DNA of 34,771 nucleotides, taken from assembly GCA_001687465.1 (NCBI GenBank), contig LVLI01000652.1, positions 1-34,771 on the forward strand, given 5' to 3'. This stretch comes from Halocafeteria seosinensis (lineage: Eukaryota). A program made the position numbers and the translations under genes. The notes under the pieces are model-generated. The model saw only the letters and a list, made by a program, of their open reading frames with translations. It was not told the origin of the DNA and did not search any database. This document shows, in pieces, positions 21,701-29,723 of the stretch. Position 1 is the stretch's first letter. Each line of letters begins with the position of its first letter.

Positions 21701-22484
21701 ACAACGTCCAGTGGTTTCAAGCTCTAAGCTTGTTGAGAGCGCAGAGGAAGGCTACGGCAGCACCCCACTGTGGGCACTACATGATACAGATTCGTGGCGA
21801 GAGTTGCAAGATCTAATTAATTTAAGTCAAAAAGAATTTGAGACGCTTTATCCTGGGACCCAATCATCCGGAAACAATGACGATGAGTCTGTTCTGTATT
21901 TTGTCTTCCGAGACAGTGATGGCAAACCATTGGAGCTGTGTAATGGAGGTTCGAACCGAAGAGTTGTAACAGCTCAAGACCGTCGAGAGTATTTCAAGTT
22001 GGCTTGTGATGTCCGTGAAAGGGAATTTGACGCTCAGTGCTCAGCGATGAGAAAGGGTCTTGTCAGTATTGTACCTGCCAGGGCTCTTCAGCTCTTAACA
22101 TGGAGAGAGCTAGAACTCATGGTGTGTGGAGATCCGGCTGTTGACGTAGCGTTGTTGAAGCAAAACACAGTCTATTCTGGGTTCTCTGCGGCTGAGCAAG
22201 AAGAATACGTTGAACGCTTTTGGCGGGTATTCGAATCACTTTCCAAAGAAGAGCAATCATCATTTATTCGTTTTGCATGGGGTAGAGCCCGTTTACCCAA
22301 GCCCGAGAACTGGAATCGACCATTCAAGCTGATGAGACGCGGAGGCGGGGATACAGACCTCCCTGTTAGTCATGCTTGTTTCTTCTCCGTAGAAATGCCA
22401 TGTTACAGCTCCGATGAAATCGCACGGCAAAGAATCCGCACGGCGATTCACTTTGGTGCTGGTGGTGAGTTTTTGATTGCGTAA
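9729..22484 (+). CDS. Giant HECT-type E3 ubiquitin ligase (~4251 aa), HERC/HECTD4-like, with MIB/HERC2, two UBA, acidic tract, CUB-like and C-terminal HECT domains
   Basis: First ATG at 9729 (in-frame TGA at 9702). MIB/HERC2 motif PGTLVVRGKDW..ADGG..GEV..W..VVVKW..YRWG (~10556-10780). UBA motifs ISLMGFDYDLALKGL..VVEWFL and LAVMVGKPPRLCMKAL..ALNWIM (~17180-17480). D/E tract ~17650-18200. RESLHP..VTIPGA..VTFD..WGY (~19350-19660). HECT motifs FKVEYTGEDGMDWGGLYRD, LFIPCPN, FRFVGRLMGIALR and LPVSHACFF, with catalytic Cys at 22377-22379. Confidence 0.95.
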   Translation: MDDHTNNAALGDANAAAAAGGTGTTTDSTGRGGRARANTTLSAHGIPDTGLSMASLEEVKEFRTILKQSPANIKEGQGDIFASVLSRLGDTGLLRKLTAPVSVGKFFKAAPVTSLSEHTSQNILKQVTLKDESFEASLAAGVVEHCQSSNLRETLAHYSRKLVRYALLSPKETSNLIERQVALLQYMHNLVSSKREKGATSTKVIPTSAESSSASATGTSPALSTRSRTRGADVSAPSEEGVKTEEANTDASVSVADKVPKGARVVPDHNYRPETLSPGTLVVRGKDWNPTDEADGGLGYGEVVEMTNWNDEENKGVVVKWHHSGEGQPTTKSYRWGAQSVSGRPLYEVAVAEILPPVEPSDWQDDICAWFCKNELQPTTPGEKEESQTSGITAEKLIDALAFASRSCSSGASRHSSVSGQSATDTLTSLKGFRWERKRKRNDNGDGGTPNRRNRSKRRPKHSDEGDHISSHPATFESSSGPFQAPSESVFHTTVKGIFDKVIEKFLAENGGEKWNPQGEVEISDELQEVSCAGWLSYLRLLQRHLLENLIGSLQTSDSHASALGSFNVALTPWIQWWHLLVDTLSILTEHVDQTVTGYMKQAEIEVGKLDGEFTEQQFQSVLKHLENSMGVLSNLFETGITDMLHPSITVLSLGTGLASPPEIRHKRVQPHDTGSVVSEVETTLSTLSFRGMKCLQFCISSFVEFPKLLKGWFKLHEGANKMRECLVSLGKVLSSRNSNGADSCESDTSASKLAERLVYSGSVLDHLAEDVSSLSGVAKSGQKPEGLGDVSREVNELDNEENWGNMVDVLCHGLLSDTVTSRFASTVPQVFHLRSAVDKTAAALSHTAGRLGHVLVTSVPHHQVEDQSETKAWLRSCVVSGGLQGGDMSRSDALNSWLQPLLDASTLGCADWFWGRWQNCDLHRKRDDLQSSTDYSSLPEQKLSCALPLAFKPPALSREESRKLAAIGRSNVKAPLQVSEISRLSPSKLIEAFKQSRKVSVPLPESIQEELSVKLMEVPLVSVAGLWMDSHLGGALSGIAKRRARSRAVEGWDGVSVPLLSEYATPFPETESVFLASLLHHVSALSTVASTDRDSIMGVPEEMLQGISSVLRVISEQPGELLSLYTDHKGPKNMNSPQVEASLHHVRHNTVTPSAAIQAAERCLTSLRGYLWSQRDYAKSGMLEKSNEVSLDEPVAASKPKPSSRSAAAPSSETASGNARHRRRGRSGSSQQQERPNSSSSRSKQSDAAPKLLKIEAPTSMAEVCDSIQERCFFMLSISPARRSAVGYTENDAPMGETSTPHAGKSMKPKRVELTPLLSRWKSQDDASKVMMMSSHQQSQGSTEPPPLSLDSAQVNVSSESRSAKMHDRTSGESVSCGAVPHIGKNRLSWISSMCYTCLNYAKYGHNVPPRLLLPLLFVRQIRAAVRSYGLTLWASVLRTIMGVDESREPLGSGSVSDAFGVEASQPAATVETRWFSGKADRLRIVREALLPARDSLGDSHRYCARGGPSNAIQESVRMKHNYLNNLEGVSDDSLRLVQSAWADMYVGVSAILAVSAHVGDSLTGAICLWCWSVDLLRGDHEMLSRSGVLKLISDLASANKESDSEVETTALLSPIADGESGGGQASGQATNNQRQDPGPELPPLDESWSMMDREAVGVALESGAMQVQQVVDHIKGFVNTRLGRSNRLHEIGSEAQADMFQSTVDELTAIQQFWISRQMWRPARELSNTFSANTMIPMFQEFTEAVEETEVQEAQRASRDSADVQMEGTENAEEAPVDEEKKQREEKAQKMREKVEKIHQLLNKSWVLENDFLRGAASELYRFLICSVVGGRRNADAGDSHSIFEQPSNVTGLKLNLTSRHKAVLEDAPPSSAAALSVYSEAAASTVSRHCSAGEEIGGANSSYWTRWLRETVVDWVTKQIHFACSKLSEHVCEDLDNIPDMMVALRRWERFERIVHEHMVWLAAVRNTTEVKQWFHPTSAETGGKRSPGGFSHLCWRVFRFGSLRLQQLSTVLLADILPYQNPAAATSALIGSSRWSSNTSGSHADARTVPLFLLSLIGSMVSFKYSKFRQGRLKASIPVVDFQSIDELLGLNLSSGGNKDSLTVSVMGGYRCGHHVMSLASLSVSLLRALIVGSLRWERACEGLFGSIFECFNQSSGHVLDDKTAKSETLMRLTYGATAVLGGFTEILRPGIRAIPASAWKAGAEAGLWSSQNLAKHYSCRVVKFERGNNNAWVLYPPASESGQARSEGEVSTPAIDTGLVSGFHTMHPGLESRKVASSSLTPLDNPRLSPEQVSRFINPTLGVEKSSYLQFIYQVLSMAAEVEVKSVEEREKVTEQAPSSSQIPSNSFRVTKCGQLEETVELKHAENQHRLALLIACASRAIESWISEEPSGYPVTTAVVNHHTQNARNRSLLSVLVDLSARPLPQYRLTLPRHIVAKGNICLERLLDISIGDSAVGYPAGKSQSSSSSGDYDPALIARQAAANEISLMGFDYDLALKGLEIKGDDKSRVVEWFLSGEAEAFKSGGGLEESSKETENDLRYENARNLAVMVGKPPRLCMKALELCGDDQNSALNWIMDYGDTFMPGLSEELQTIDSNELEEHQNRLLGNVDDRAVLHDLGLDSGGGATRQTMQQFDDMDENESDGEELASHGFDSESEDDVGEDAPLEDYDDEEHAYGDEAEDEEEEEEDDEEEEHSGDEMMANEGDEDDGLGRNIWLAGSPGVRLARNEETAEEDRDEEFQHEDVEEHDEEEMEEAGGADGGAGSMSRLMDQLQALREITRNNSNRERQWAPAVWAQGGDEDDTAGGQWETEAGNQEERREQGAEGDISATLPSLLFRRVTAAVGGRPGETMRDSSTITGRGVDVRRFMQEFLGGDASLGTGDVGSYRGTSSDVQRQRHDAFTVDDEFLGDTFLCRAHQCLAPQAGGCDEVQYRRPASVEKLGEARTARISKDLEVTPCTLTGFVACLFSAQRHDDVSINSQWRVQAETGVILGSVRDGANPHLLIAVNCLHTGSVKYRIASRKQIRLHASIFGVEINSDDQNCALPVNSVSLATQMSCTLLSSRRALINTILQWPSEGASGSASWRQFINRDCLLNLTRYTVATEDCLSSAETGSESSKGTSGSALLDKIGAGVAVGRGGKLCLPLGAPCVGAVLLLLREWMLWEGSQRSGELTSLLVDNVATNIASATTPHASEEKPVIRESLHPHFNQCEVHDKVTIPGARALWVTFDPRSQLGIGGGMMSRARLRFQDGRTGDSGTLEFGGDSRELRPFVVHGDTLSYRFSTRHNLSDSGWGYRMIISPMQGLAWRNEVSIWRSEPSLEWACWLMEFLLRHSVSDSDEHSQVSSSASSGFAASDEESIIVPRQQRSQLYSGKVFQALVRYLQSRGTPFKHRVIQLVSQILRRTNMFPEGDVPDFSLLRGMEKTVMETCRNYLREPAQTPRPGLLSLVELLTTARSAERAISEKEQGKGDIQRTATSLLNESGEQSSLIDVDSAVSVLRTFPSWLRHHFTTFGESELSLPDESDRGIAARPVQFVLLETHDLLVALHSQMLCYMEERKASGTFCLPPPLLARAVVSAGWATGPEDITPAMLLRAAKSLGSWSPVQDDQLVQWTTTITSPGRRAKKTEVEQTYANSEYDFDPCRVGSARSPLELQPKTLKMRSPTSVAPPDKKKKRFKHPAPGLPDDTVVFPSISGDHVSTSDLRLRFAVIQMLNKRLNHVCPLIDTVPSDTGSSNTDSRIDQSEYSSTQSLGQRLRESAHLVFIDVKLQVLDKAVKSTWTPRRGSGFRVRIDNNAAFVSRDKAVHDESGEARSITQSKCLFVQLYQGLHKSASNTLRNSPESEGGTESAAVGRVLARGLRAHLDPRESLFKVEYTGEDGMDWGGLYRDCLTRALDDLFPSSIDSSLPGSSRVPVPSVDLFIPCPNQMKGAGENTDKWVPNASHTSPLALSMFRFVGRLMGIALRHKSYLPFDVAPLIWARIIQRPVVSSSKLVESAEEGYGSTPLWALHDTDSWRELQDLINLSQKEFETLYPGTQSSGNNDDESVLYFVFRDSDGKPLELCNGGSNRRVVTAQDRREYFKLACDVREREFDAQCSAMRKGLVSIVPARALQLLTWRELELMVCGDPAVDVALLKQNTVYSGFSAAEQEEYVERFWRVFESLSKEEQSSFIRFAWGRARLPKPENWNRPFKLMRRGGGDTDLPVSHACFFSVEMPCYSSDEIARQRIRTAIHFGAGGEFLIA

Positions 22485-24379
22485 GAACGAGGATGAGAAG
22501 AGGAACAATGCTATGGATCATGAGGGATCTAGCAAGACCTCCTTTTGTTTTGATGGCATTCCGGTAACATGATACAACTGCTGGTGTTACGCAATGAATG
22601 TAACATACACTGATAGCGTAGTTACGTATCATAGACAATATTTAAGGGTACACCAGTTAGCCATGCACCCCCGCATCCTTAGTGTAACATCCAACACAAG
22701 CCAGCTTACTTAGAATCGCGTAGTTCATCCTCCTTGCATCGACTTGCCCTGAGAGCCCGATTGCCTGCGCTCATAAATCCTTCGTCTTCCTATCGCATTT
22801 CACAGGAGCAGCGGCAATGGACTGACAAAAGGTTACACCAGCGACGGGCATTCCTACGTGCTGCTAAGCTCCTAAACCTACTGCTTCCTGTCAGACGCTT
22901 CAGACAAAGGACTACCCCAGTATTGAGAAAACTCCTGTAAAAGCCGAAGCAGCCCCACAGCAAATGATCGAATACGTAGCTGTTACTTTATTATGCAAGG
23001 CAAATTGAGAAGCATATTGAATTCATATTACTCAACTTGCCTTACCAGATCCGTATGAACCAGCTCAGTAGAAGACCCCGCTGCAAATTGTAACCCAGTT
23101 TCTTTCACAATTGTACTTTCTTGTGGAACAATTGTCTTGCCCTTGCATTCCGTCATGTAACAAGAGGAAAATGAAGTCTCGAAGGGGGCGGTCGTCGTGT
23201 TCGCCGTTCTTATACTACTTGTCGTGACTATATGCGGAATTCACGCTTCAGGTAGTGAGATTGAGAAGTTTACCCCAACCGGGGACGTGGTGCTGCGGAC
23301 CAGGAGCAACGAATGGTGGCTACTCTCAGCTTTTGGATCCTGACTACAGTGCTCAAGGAGGTAGTAAAGCGGGGGCCGATGAATACCAGCCGTTCGAAAG
23401 AAAAGGAGGAGATGGGGGCTCCGGTGGAGCAGGTACTGGCTGTGCTGGCACGTCCATTGGAGCGTACAGTGTATGGTGGAACTTCGTGGAAGTAGCGACG
23501 GCGGTGCTACCAGGGATGTTTTAGGGGGAAAGGGCAAGGGAAAAAACGAAGGCTTTTGAAGATAGCTTGAGAATTGTATGCCGGTGGTAGTGGTGCGACC
23601 GATTGTGTTAATTGCCTAGGAAAAGGAGGGACAGGAGGTGGGCTAAATTCTCTAAGCTTCCGGCCCGTCACGGCGTCCTTGTCACACGGTCCAGAATCAT
23701 CCGTCCATCCTCGCGAGAGGCACGAACGGGAGAACCAAGACCGCGTTTAGAGCACAATGCTATTCCGCCCGCTAAGATTACGTCATATATAATATTGATA
23801 CCTCTTGTTCCTCAAAGTTATACATGTATGGTCGACTCGAACTTCAGTCTGGAAGCCACACTGTCTGCCACAGTCACCTTGCAAAACAAAATAGGCAAGG
23901 TGCATACAGTAGGGACGCTGCCGAATCCCTGTGATGGTATTGCATCTGCGTACCATGCATGTACAGGAGTGGGAAGGTTCAGGCGATTCACTGGCATTAA
24001 CTCAACTGTGAAATTACGACTTGTGTAGTACCCAGTGTTACCAACTGGATTCTGTGGAATTACAGAACGCCCGAACTTCCTTGATGGCCCAGTTGTCTAT
24101 AACGCTAATGCAATAGATGTGTTCATTGTTGCAAGGCCATATATTCCCACCTTTGCGATCGAACCGTCGTGTCTTTGAGTTCTTCTGAAGTATTCAAGTT
24201 TCCAATACATGTACAGTAGTGCGGGTTGGCGTACAGTACTGAGTACACACCTCAGTAACTTCACATTTATATGTACCCTGAGTTAGCATTGGTGTTTAAC
24301 GCACTTTCCTTTTCGAGCTGAGTTGGATGATTCCGTCCTTAATCCTTTATTAGCCCCGTGTATTTTCATGGTCGTCGGC

Positions 24380-26580
24380 ATGCTGGGGAACGCAAAATCT
24401 AACAAAGAGAATGGATCCCGTGCGACAGCCTCTGAGTCGCTTGCGACGTCCTTTTGGATTCCTCCACAAACCAAAAGGGCCTCCAAGGCGAGCCCCGCTT
24501 GGTTTACAGGAGGTGCTGGAAGCTGCTTAATGCGCGTCCTCTATGTCACCTTACTCATCACAGCGGTGGTGATATTCTGCATGAACCTCTTGGCAGGATA
24601 TCGAATACAAATGGAGATCCAGCAGTATTCACCTCGAGGGGAATCCTTGCGACGTGTATACAGTTTAGAATTGCGACAACAACCTCAAGCAGGTACGCTG
24701 AGAAATGCTACCGATTCTCAGAATGAAGGGGAAGGCGAAGCGGGCCAAGATAATACTGGTAGCCGGCCGACGTCGTCGTCGTCGTCGAGTGACGCCAGTG
24801 GGAGTGGAACAACTTCTTCCCTGGCTAACGGCAACAAAATCAAGCACGCAGACGGTTCAGAAACGAAACTAACACCGGAAAAGCAGCAACAACAGGACGT
24901 AGGGGCGAGCTCTCCCGACCAGAAGAAGGCTAAAGCTGCCAACCAGCACGTACCAGTCCCCGAAACCCAACGCAAGGAGGAGCAGCAACAACAAGATCCG
25001 GAAGCATATCCTGCTGTCGATCAAAATGGGAAGAAAATATTCCCGCCAAAGGATGAAGAATTTATTGGCCCCGCCCGAAGCAAAAGTCAACCAGTTGGCG
25101 ATGATTCGTCCTTGCGGAACTACATGCCCCGTGGGCCAATACCGGACCCAAAATCTGCCGAGTACCAGCAGAACTGCGCTGAGCACCACCCTCCAGGACA
25201 ACATGCAATCTTCACTATGGCGAGTGGCGATCGAGCTGCACGGATGGCAACAGCAGTGCTTCAATCGTTAAGAGATGTCAACACTTGCCAAAGTATCGAA
25301 TTGAACATAATGATCAGTGGAGGTGGCATTGGCTCGGAAGACTGCATGAACAAAGTAGTTCCTTCCGAATTGAGATCACAGTGCGGAAGCTTTAACTTAA
25401 CGGATCCTCGAGGCTCAATCTCGCAGATTTTCTTGAACACCTGGGAACAGATGAATGTCAAAGTTCGTTTGGTTCGACCCATAGCAGTAGACTCGGGTAC
25501 GGTGTTTGACTTAGGCCCCTTTGCTTGCATGAAACGGCCACCTCGTGTCCTATGTTTGCTCTGCAGAATATCTGAATATGCCAGGTGGAAGGAAAATTGC
25601 TTGGGGTATGGCGTTCAATAAGTTAAATGTGTTCGGCTTCACCCAGTACAAGAAAGTAAGTCCCGATGTGGCGCCTCACAATATAAACCCAAGCGAGGCC
25701 GATGAGAAATTCCGCGCAGATTTTATGGATGGACTCAGACACTCTCGTGCTGAAGAACTTGGACCACTTACTTTGGTACCCCGAATTTACTGCTGCATTC
25801 ACAAATGACTGTTGCAACAGGAACGCTGCCGCGAAAATTTCTGGTGGCTTTTGGGTCATTCAGCCCTCAAGAAACCGTCTTAGTCAAATCATTGATCTGG
25901 CGAAGTCACCAACCGTACTAAAGGAGTCATCTCTGGAAAGTGGAGAAAACTGGTTCTTTGGAGACATGTCTATGGTTGCCGCGCTCTTTACAAGGGGGCG
26001 AAAACTTCATGCGGTGGGCTTTCCGTGGTCCATTGATCCCCGTCTGAGTACAATCATAGATGGTGTTGGAGATCCCGAAAACCACTGGTCTGTAAGACAC
26101 TCAATGCAGCATCGAGATCTGCAAAGATCCGCGGATGGCAGAATGTTGCTTGGGGGGCCGGAGGATATCACTGTTACCCCTCTGGCTCCGTATCGAAGAG
26201 AGAGGTTGCGCTTTGTTACAAGTTTCGATGACCTCAATTGGGGAGACAAAGTTGGCCGAAGACACGGTGCCCCTTTTGGAAGGACCTGGCACATGTTGAA
26301 CGCCTCCTATGATGGGCTGCCGATAGAATGCAAGTGTATCCCATCCCGACACTTAGGATTTGACAGTTACTTTTCTATCCACTTAACTTGCCTGGGACCA
26401 ATAAAGAAGCCAACCAGCCATAAGACGTTCGGCGAGTTCCAAGAAAAAACGGACAGGGAATATCCATCTTGCATTCGCCCGTACTTTAATGCATGGATGA
26501 GAAGTTACAAGCGTGCCTTGGGTAGTGGTTTTGAGAAGGACCTATGGGTGACTCCTAGAGAAGGTTATAAGGTACAATAA
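24380..26580 (+). CDS. Glycosyltransferase family 8 (glycogenin/PGSIP-like), type II membrane protein, ~688 aa, 3 exons (24380-25496, 25567-25655, 25720-26580)
   Basis: Introns 25497-25566 (GTACGG..TGCAG, 70 nt) and 25656-25719 (GTAAGT..GCAG, 64 nt) join three ORFs into FNKLNVFGFTQYKKILWMDSDTLVLKNLDHLL, the GT8 DxD motif. Also present: N-terminal TM VLYVTLLITAVVIFCMNLLAGY, a low-complexity stem, and C-terminal HLTC..KKP. The start could be ATG 24368. Confidence 0.9.
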
Positions 26581-26764
26581 ACTGCTGTTATTACATTGAT
26601 GGAAAGAGAATGTGTGCCCCTGTACACCGGTGTTGCAATTCTCAGACTCGCCAAGAGATTGCGTGGTACCGGTCTGTGCATGGGCTCCTCAGAGCAGCCT
26701 GGCAAGCATCAACAACGGTCGTTCGGACGAAATTGAGATAACCAAAGTTGAACACAGGCGAAGC

Positions 26765-28591
26765 TTATTCCTTCAATATTCGTGTCTCCATGATATCCAA
26801 CCAAACTGGAAGGTACGCATTAGCGGTCATGCGAGAACTGAACGATACCGGATCTAACAGATATTGCTGGATGAAACTCAACTCCTTTGATTCTAGTTCA
26901 TGATTACACCACAAAGCCAGGGAAGAGTACCGATGCTCTCGCAGAAGACGTTTAACATTATTCCACGATTTCGATAGCCATGAAGCCCGGATAGCATAAC
27001 TCACTACCCATTCAGTTTCATCTCCGTCAGTCAATTTGTTCGACTCCCTCCGAGCCTCGGATACAGCATTGACCATGCGGTCGATATCTTCTTTCGAGTA
27101 GGTCCCTTTCTCCCAGGCTGTCCGCCATCCAAGGCTATAGATGCATCGTGGACAGAACGACCCAAACAAACGAAGCAATTCCTTGGTTTTCTTGAACTCG
27201 TTTCCAGAGGATGACACATAGGAGTATGGTTTTGCAGAAAATACGTCGGCATTCAATATAATCCCAGGTCGTGTTTGCACTTCTTCTTTGCCGGAAGAAT
27301 GGTAACTGTTAGGCATAATCCGTATGTGTAGCAATGAACGGGATAGCGCGCTTTTCCAACGTGACAAAATCTGCAGAGAAGTTCGAACAACTTCCATCTC
27401 CTTGAAATCTAACTTTACTCCAAGCCGAATGGGCATAGTTTTCCCTCCAGCAGACTTTTCCTCCCCTTCCTTCTCACCTTCTCCGAGTTTATTCTTTTCG
27501 TCGAGATACTCTACAATTGTTCGCAAGAACGTATCAAGCGAGAGGTCACTGTCAGTACCAGAATCATGTCCCATCATTGGTGTGATGGTGCGAACGTTGG
27601 TGCTGCCTGATTTCCAAGAAGCCTTATCGCGGATCACATCTCCTTCCAGAAAATTAATGCCACCGAATGTATGAGAGTGTTCGCTAACTTTCTTAAGTAC
27701 TCTATTGAGCTTCGCCTTGCTGTTCACCGCATGAGCGAATTGAGCTTGATGTGGCAGAATCACTCCATCCTCCGGCATCGGAACCGATTCCAACGGGTAT
27801 CTTGAGATTCCACGACTGGCCATCCGTCTGAGCGGTCGAAAAAAGACAAATATCGAGCAGCCTACCAATAGTGCCACTACAAACAATTTGCAGCACAGGT
27901 AAACCCGGGAAGACCAACTGGACTCTTTGGACGCTTTAGGTGATGTTGTATACCTCGGTGTTACGGTGCCTTTGTTTCCGAGGATGTCAATAACACTACT
28001 AGCTCCACCAGGACTTACTGTTCCCACTAAATTCGATACAGATGTAGGAACTCGTACTCTCCGAAGTGAAGGAGGCGCAGGGGCGGCAACTGGTTCCTCG
28101 TCGTGTTCTGATGAGTGCCGACGCCACGATACAGCTCGCCGTAGTGTACTTGTGCTCTCTATTGACGTCTGGTCCTCTGTCGCGTCTAGCCCGCTGTCTT
28201 TCTCCTCTTCTTCTGGGGTATTCTCTAAGCCGGGACCTTCTGAGTCGGTACCTAGAATTCCACTCTGGGAATCACTTTGCCAGAGGTTTCTGATAGCATC
28301 AAGTGTCGACCCACGCGCTCGAGACCGTCTGTCTTCCGGGCGGCGGCTCGTTTTCTCGGCCGACGGCGACGCGTCGTTCCTTGTGGGTGCTCCGGCCGTC
28401 TCTTCTCCGTGGGGATCCGTTGAGGTATGCCTTCCGCGGTAACCTCTTGACAAGGATGACTCACCTTCGGGATCCGGCGGGTCCCGTTCTCGCTGTCTCT
28501 CAGTTGCGCTTGCGTTCTCTTCCTGATTGTGGCTTTGACTGTCGCTACCACTGCTGCACTCCTTTTCCCTTCCCCCGCCGTTCGAGACCAT
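26765..28591 (-). CDS. FAM151: FAM151/menorin (DUF2181) family PLC-like phosphodiesterase-fold protein, type II membrane, 608 aa
   Basis: Ordered family motifs AHAVNS, FLEGDV, PMMGHD..DSDLSLDTFL, GVKLDFK, LNADVF, SLGWRT, SYAIRA, LALW, VWLDI. TM LFVVALLVGCSIFVFF follows a disordered N-terminus. Intronless. Confidence 0.88.
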   Translation of the reverse strand: MVSNGGGREKECSSGSDSQSHNQEENASATERQRERDPPDPEGESSLSRGYRGRHTSTDPHGEETAGAPTRNDASPSAEKTSRRPEDRRSRARGSTLDAIRNLWQSDSQSGILGTDSEGPGLENTPEEEEKDSGLDATEDQTSIESTSTLRRAVSWRRHSSEHDEEPVAAPAPPSLRRVRVPTSVSNLVGTVSPGGASSVIDILGNKGTVTPRYTTSPKASKESSWSSRVYLCCKLFVVALLVGCSIFVFFRPLRRMASRGISRYPLESVPMPEDGVILPHQAQFAHAVNSKAKLNRVLKKVSEHSHTFGGINFLEGDVIRDKASWKSGSTNVRTITPMMGHDSGTDSDLSLDTFLRTIVEYLDEKNKLGEGEKEGEEKSAGGKTMPIRLGVKLDFKEMEVVRTSLQILSRWKSALSRSLLHIRIMPNSYHSSGKEEVQTRPGIILNADVFSAKPYSYVSSSGNEFKKTKELLRLFGSFCPRCIYSLGWRTAWEKGTYSKEDIDRMVNAVSEARRESNKLTDGDETEWVVSYAIRASWLSKSWNNVKRLLREHRYSSLALWCNHELESKELSFIQQYLLDPVSFSSRMTANAYLPVWLDIMETRILKE

Positions 28592-29060
28592 TCCGGAGCC
28601 AGTGGGGAAAAGCTATGCAAAGTGCCTAATGTACTGTAATGAACGGAAGTTGCAGTTTGCGACCCCCTCCAATCTGTCTTTTCTTCGAGAAAACAGTACC
28701 ATCAAGTCCCGGATCCTCGGGATCGAGCGATGCAAAGCGTTCTATACTAATACTCCTGTCTCTGTAACAACCTTTGGGAGGTGCAGGTCACTGCTCATGC
28801 ACGAATCGCAGCACAAGACTGCGCGTGAGACGAACCGAGCAAACATTTCGTCGACTTTTTCAGACGAACTTCTGCGCGAAGAAAGAAGTGGCGCTTGTAC
28901 TGGACACACGCACACCCTCTAAGTTTTGTATATGTGATGTAATGTATAGAGTGAAATGGCTTGAGAAACTGTTGTAGGTAGAAACGTTTCAAAATGCAAA
29001 CGGAAACGGGTTCCGGGGACATATGTGTAATGATGTGTCCAATTCAGAGAATTGGACCCT

Positions 29061-29083
29061 GGTAGTTCCAGGCTGGAACTACC
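29061..29083. repeat. Perfect 11-bp inverted repeat with 1-nt spacer
   Basis: GGTAGTTCCAG-G-CTGGAACTACC in the divergent intergenic region between FAM151 and the second GT8 gene. Confidence 0.75.
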
Positions 29084-29723
29084 GGTACACTGTATATCAA
29101 TCGAGAATACTCGTTTTGACGGAAGATGTCCTAAAGGAGATGGGATCACAATAGTGACACGGTTCCCTGGTGGGAATGAATGCCTCCGGGCAGAGAACCG
29201 ACTTGTCGCGTACCAGAACCCTGTGCTCAGATCACTCAGGAGCCACAGGCACAGGCCTACTGATTGGGTTAAGTTCCGGATGGAAGTTGTGATAGACTTG
29301 ACGATTCTCTTTTAGGTTCAATTCCATTGATTGTGGAGAACAGCGGCGTTTCCGATAAACTTGAGCGACTTCCAGATTCAATATTGTTGTATGCCGCATC
29401 CAATACAGTACGTATTATGCACAATAGCAAAACTTCCACAACCATACTGTAGTCTCTTCGCAAAGATTTGTCGGGACCATAAAACTCCAACTAAAGTTTG
29501 TTCTCCTCCATCCCACCTTTTTTGCCGTTTCTCACAAGGGCAAGCCAAAGGGGAGCCCTGTTCCCCTGGTACTTTTGTGAAGTTGGAAGCGGGTTATCGA
29601 GCACTCTCTGGGGCGTTGATTGAGTTATACAGGTTAGTTAGAGAGTCCGGTGGCATCCAACTGGGTTCGAATAGGTCCGTATGGAGGTATAAAGGAAATA
29701 TTAAGTGTAGAATAGGTCGGGGA

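Noticed and set aside
22720..23093. Intron-like segments (22832-22894, 22976-23048) suggesting a small spliced plus-strand gene
   Set aside because: The donors (GTTACA, GTAGCT) fit the local consensus poorly, and no splice combination gave a convincing ATG-initiated ORF.
23612..24210. 138-aa plus ORF and a ~90-codon stop-free minus stretch
   Set aside because: No recognisable homology, signal or splice support.
29640..29680. GGTTCGAAT resembling a tRNA T-loop
   Set aside because: No T-stem or cloverleaf pairing in the flanks.
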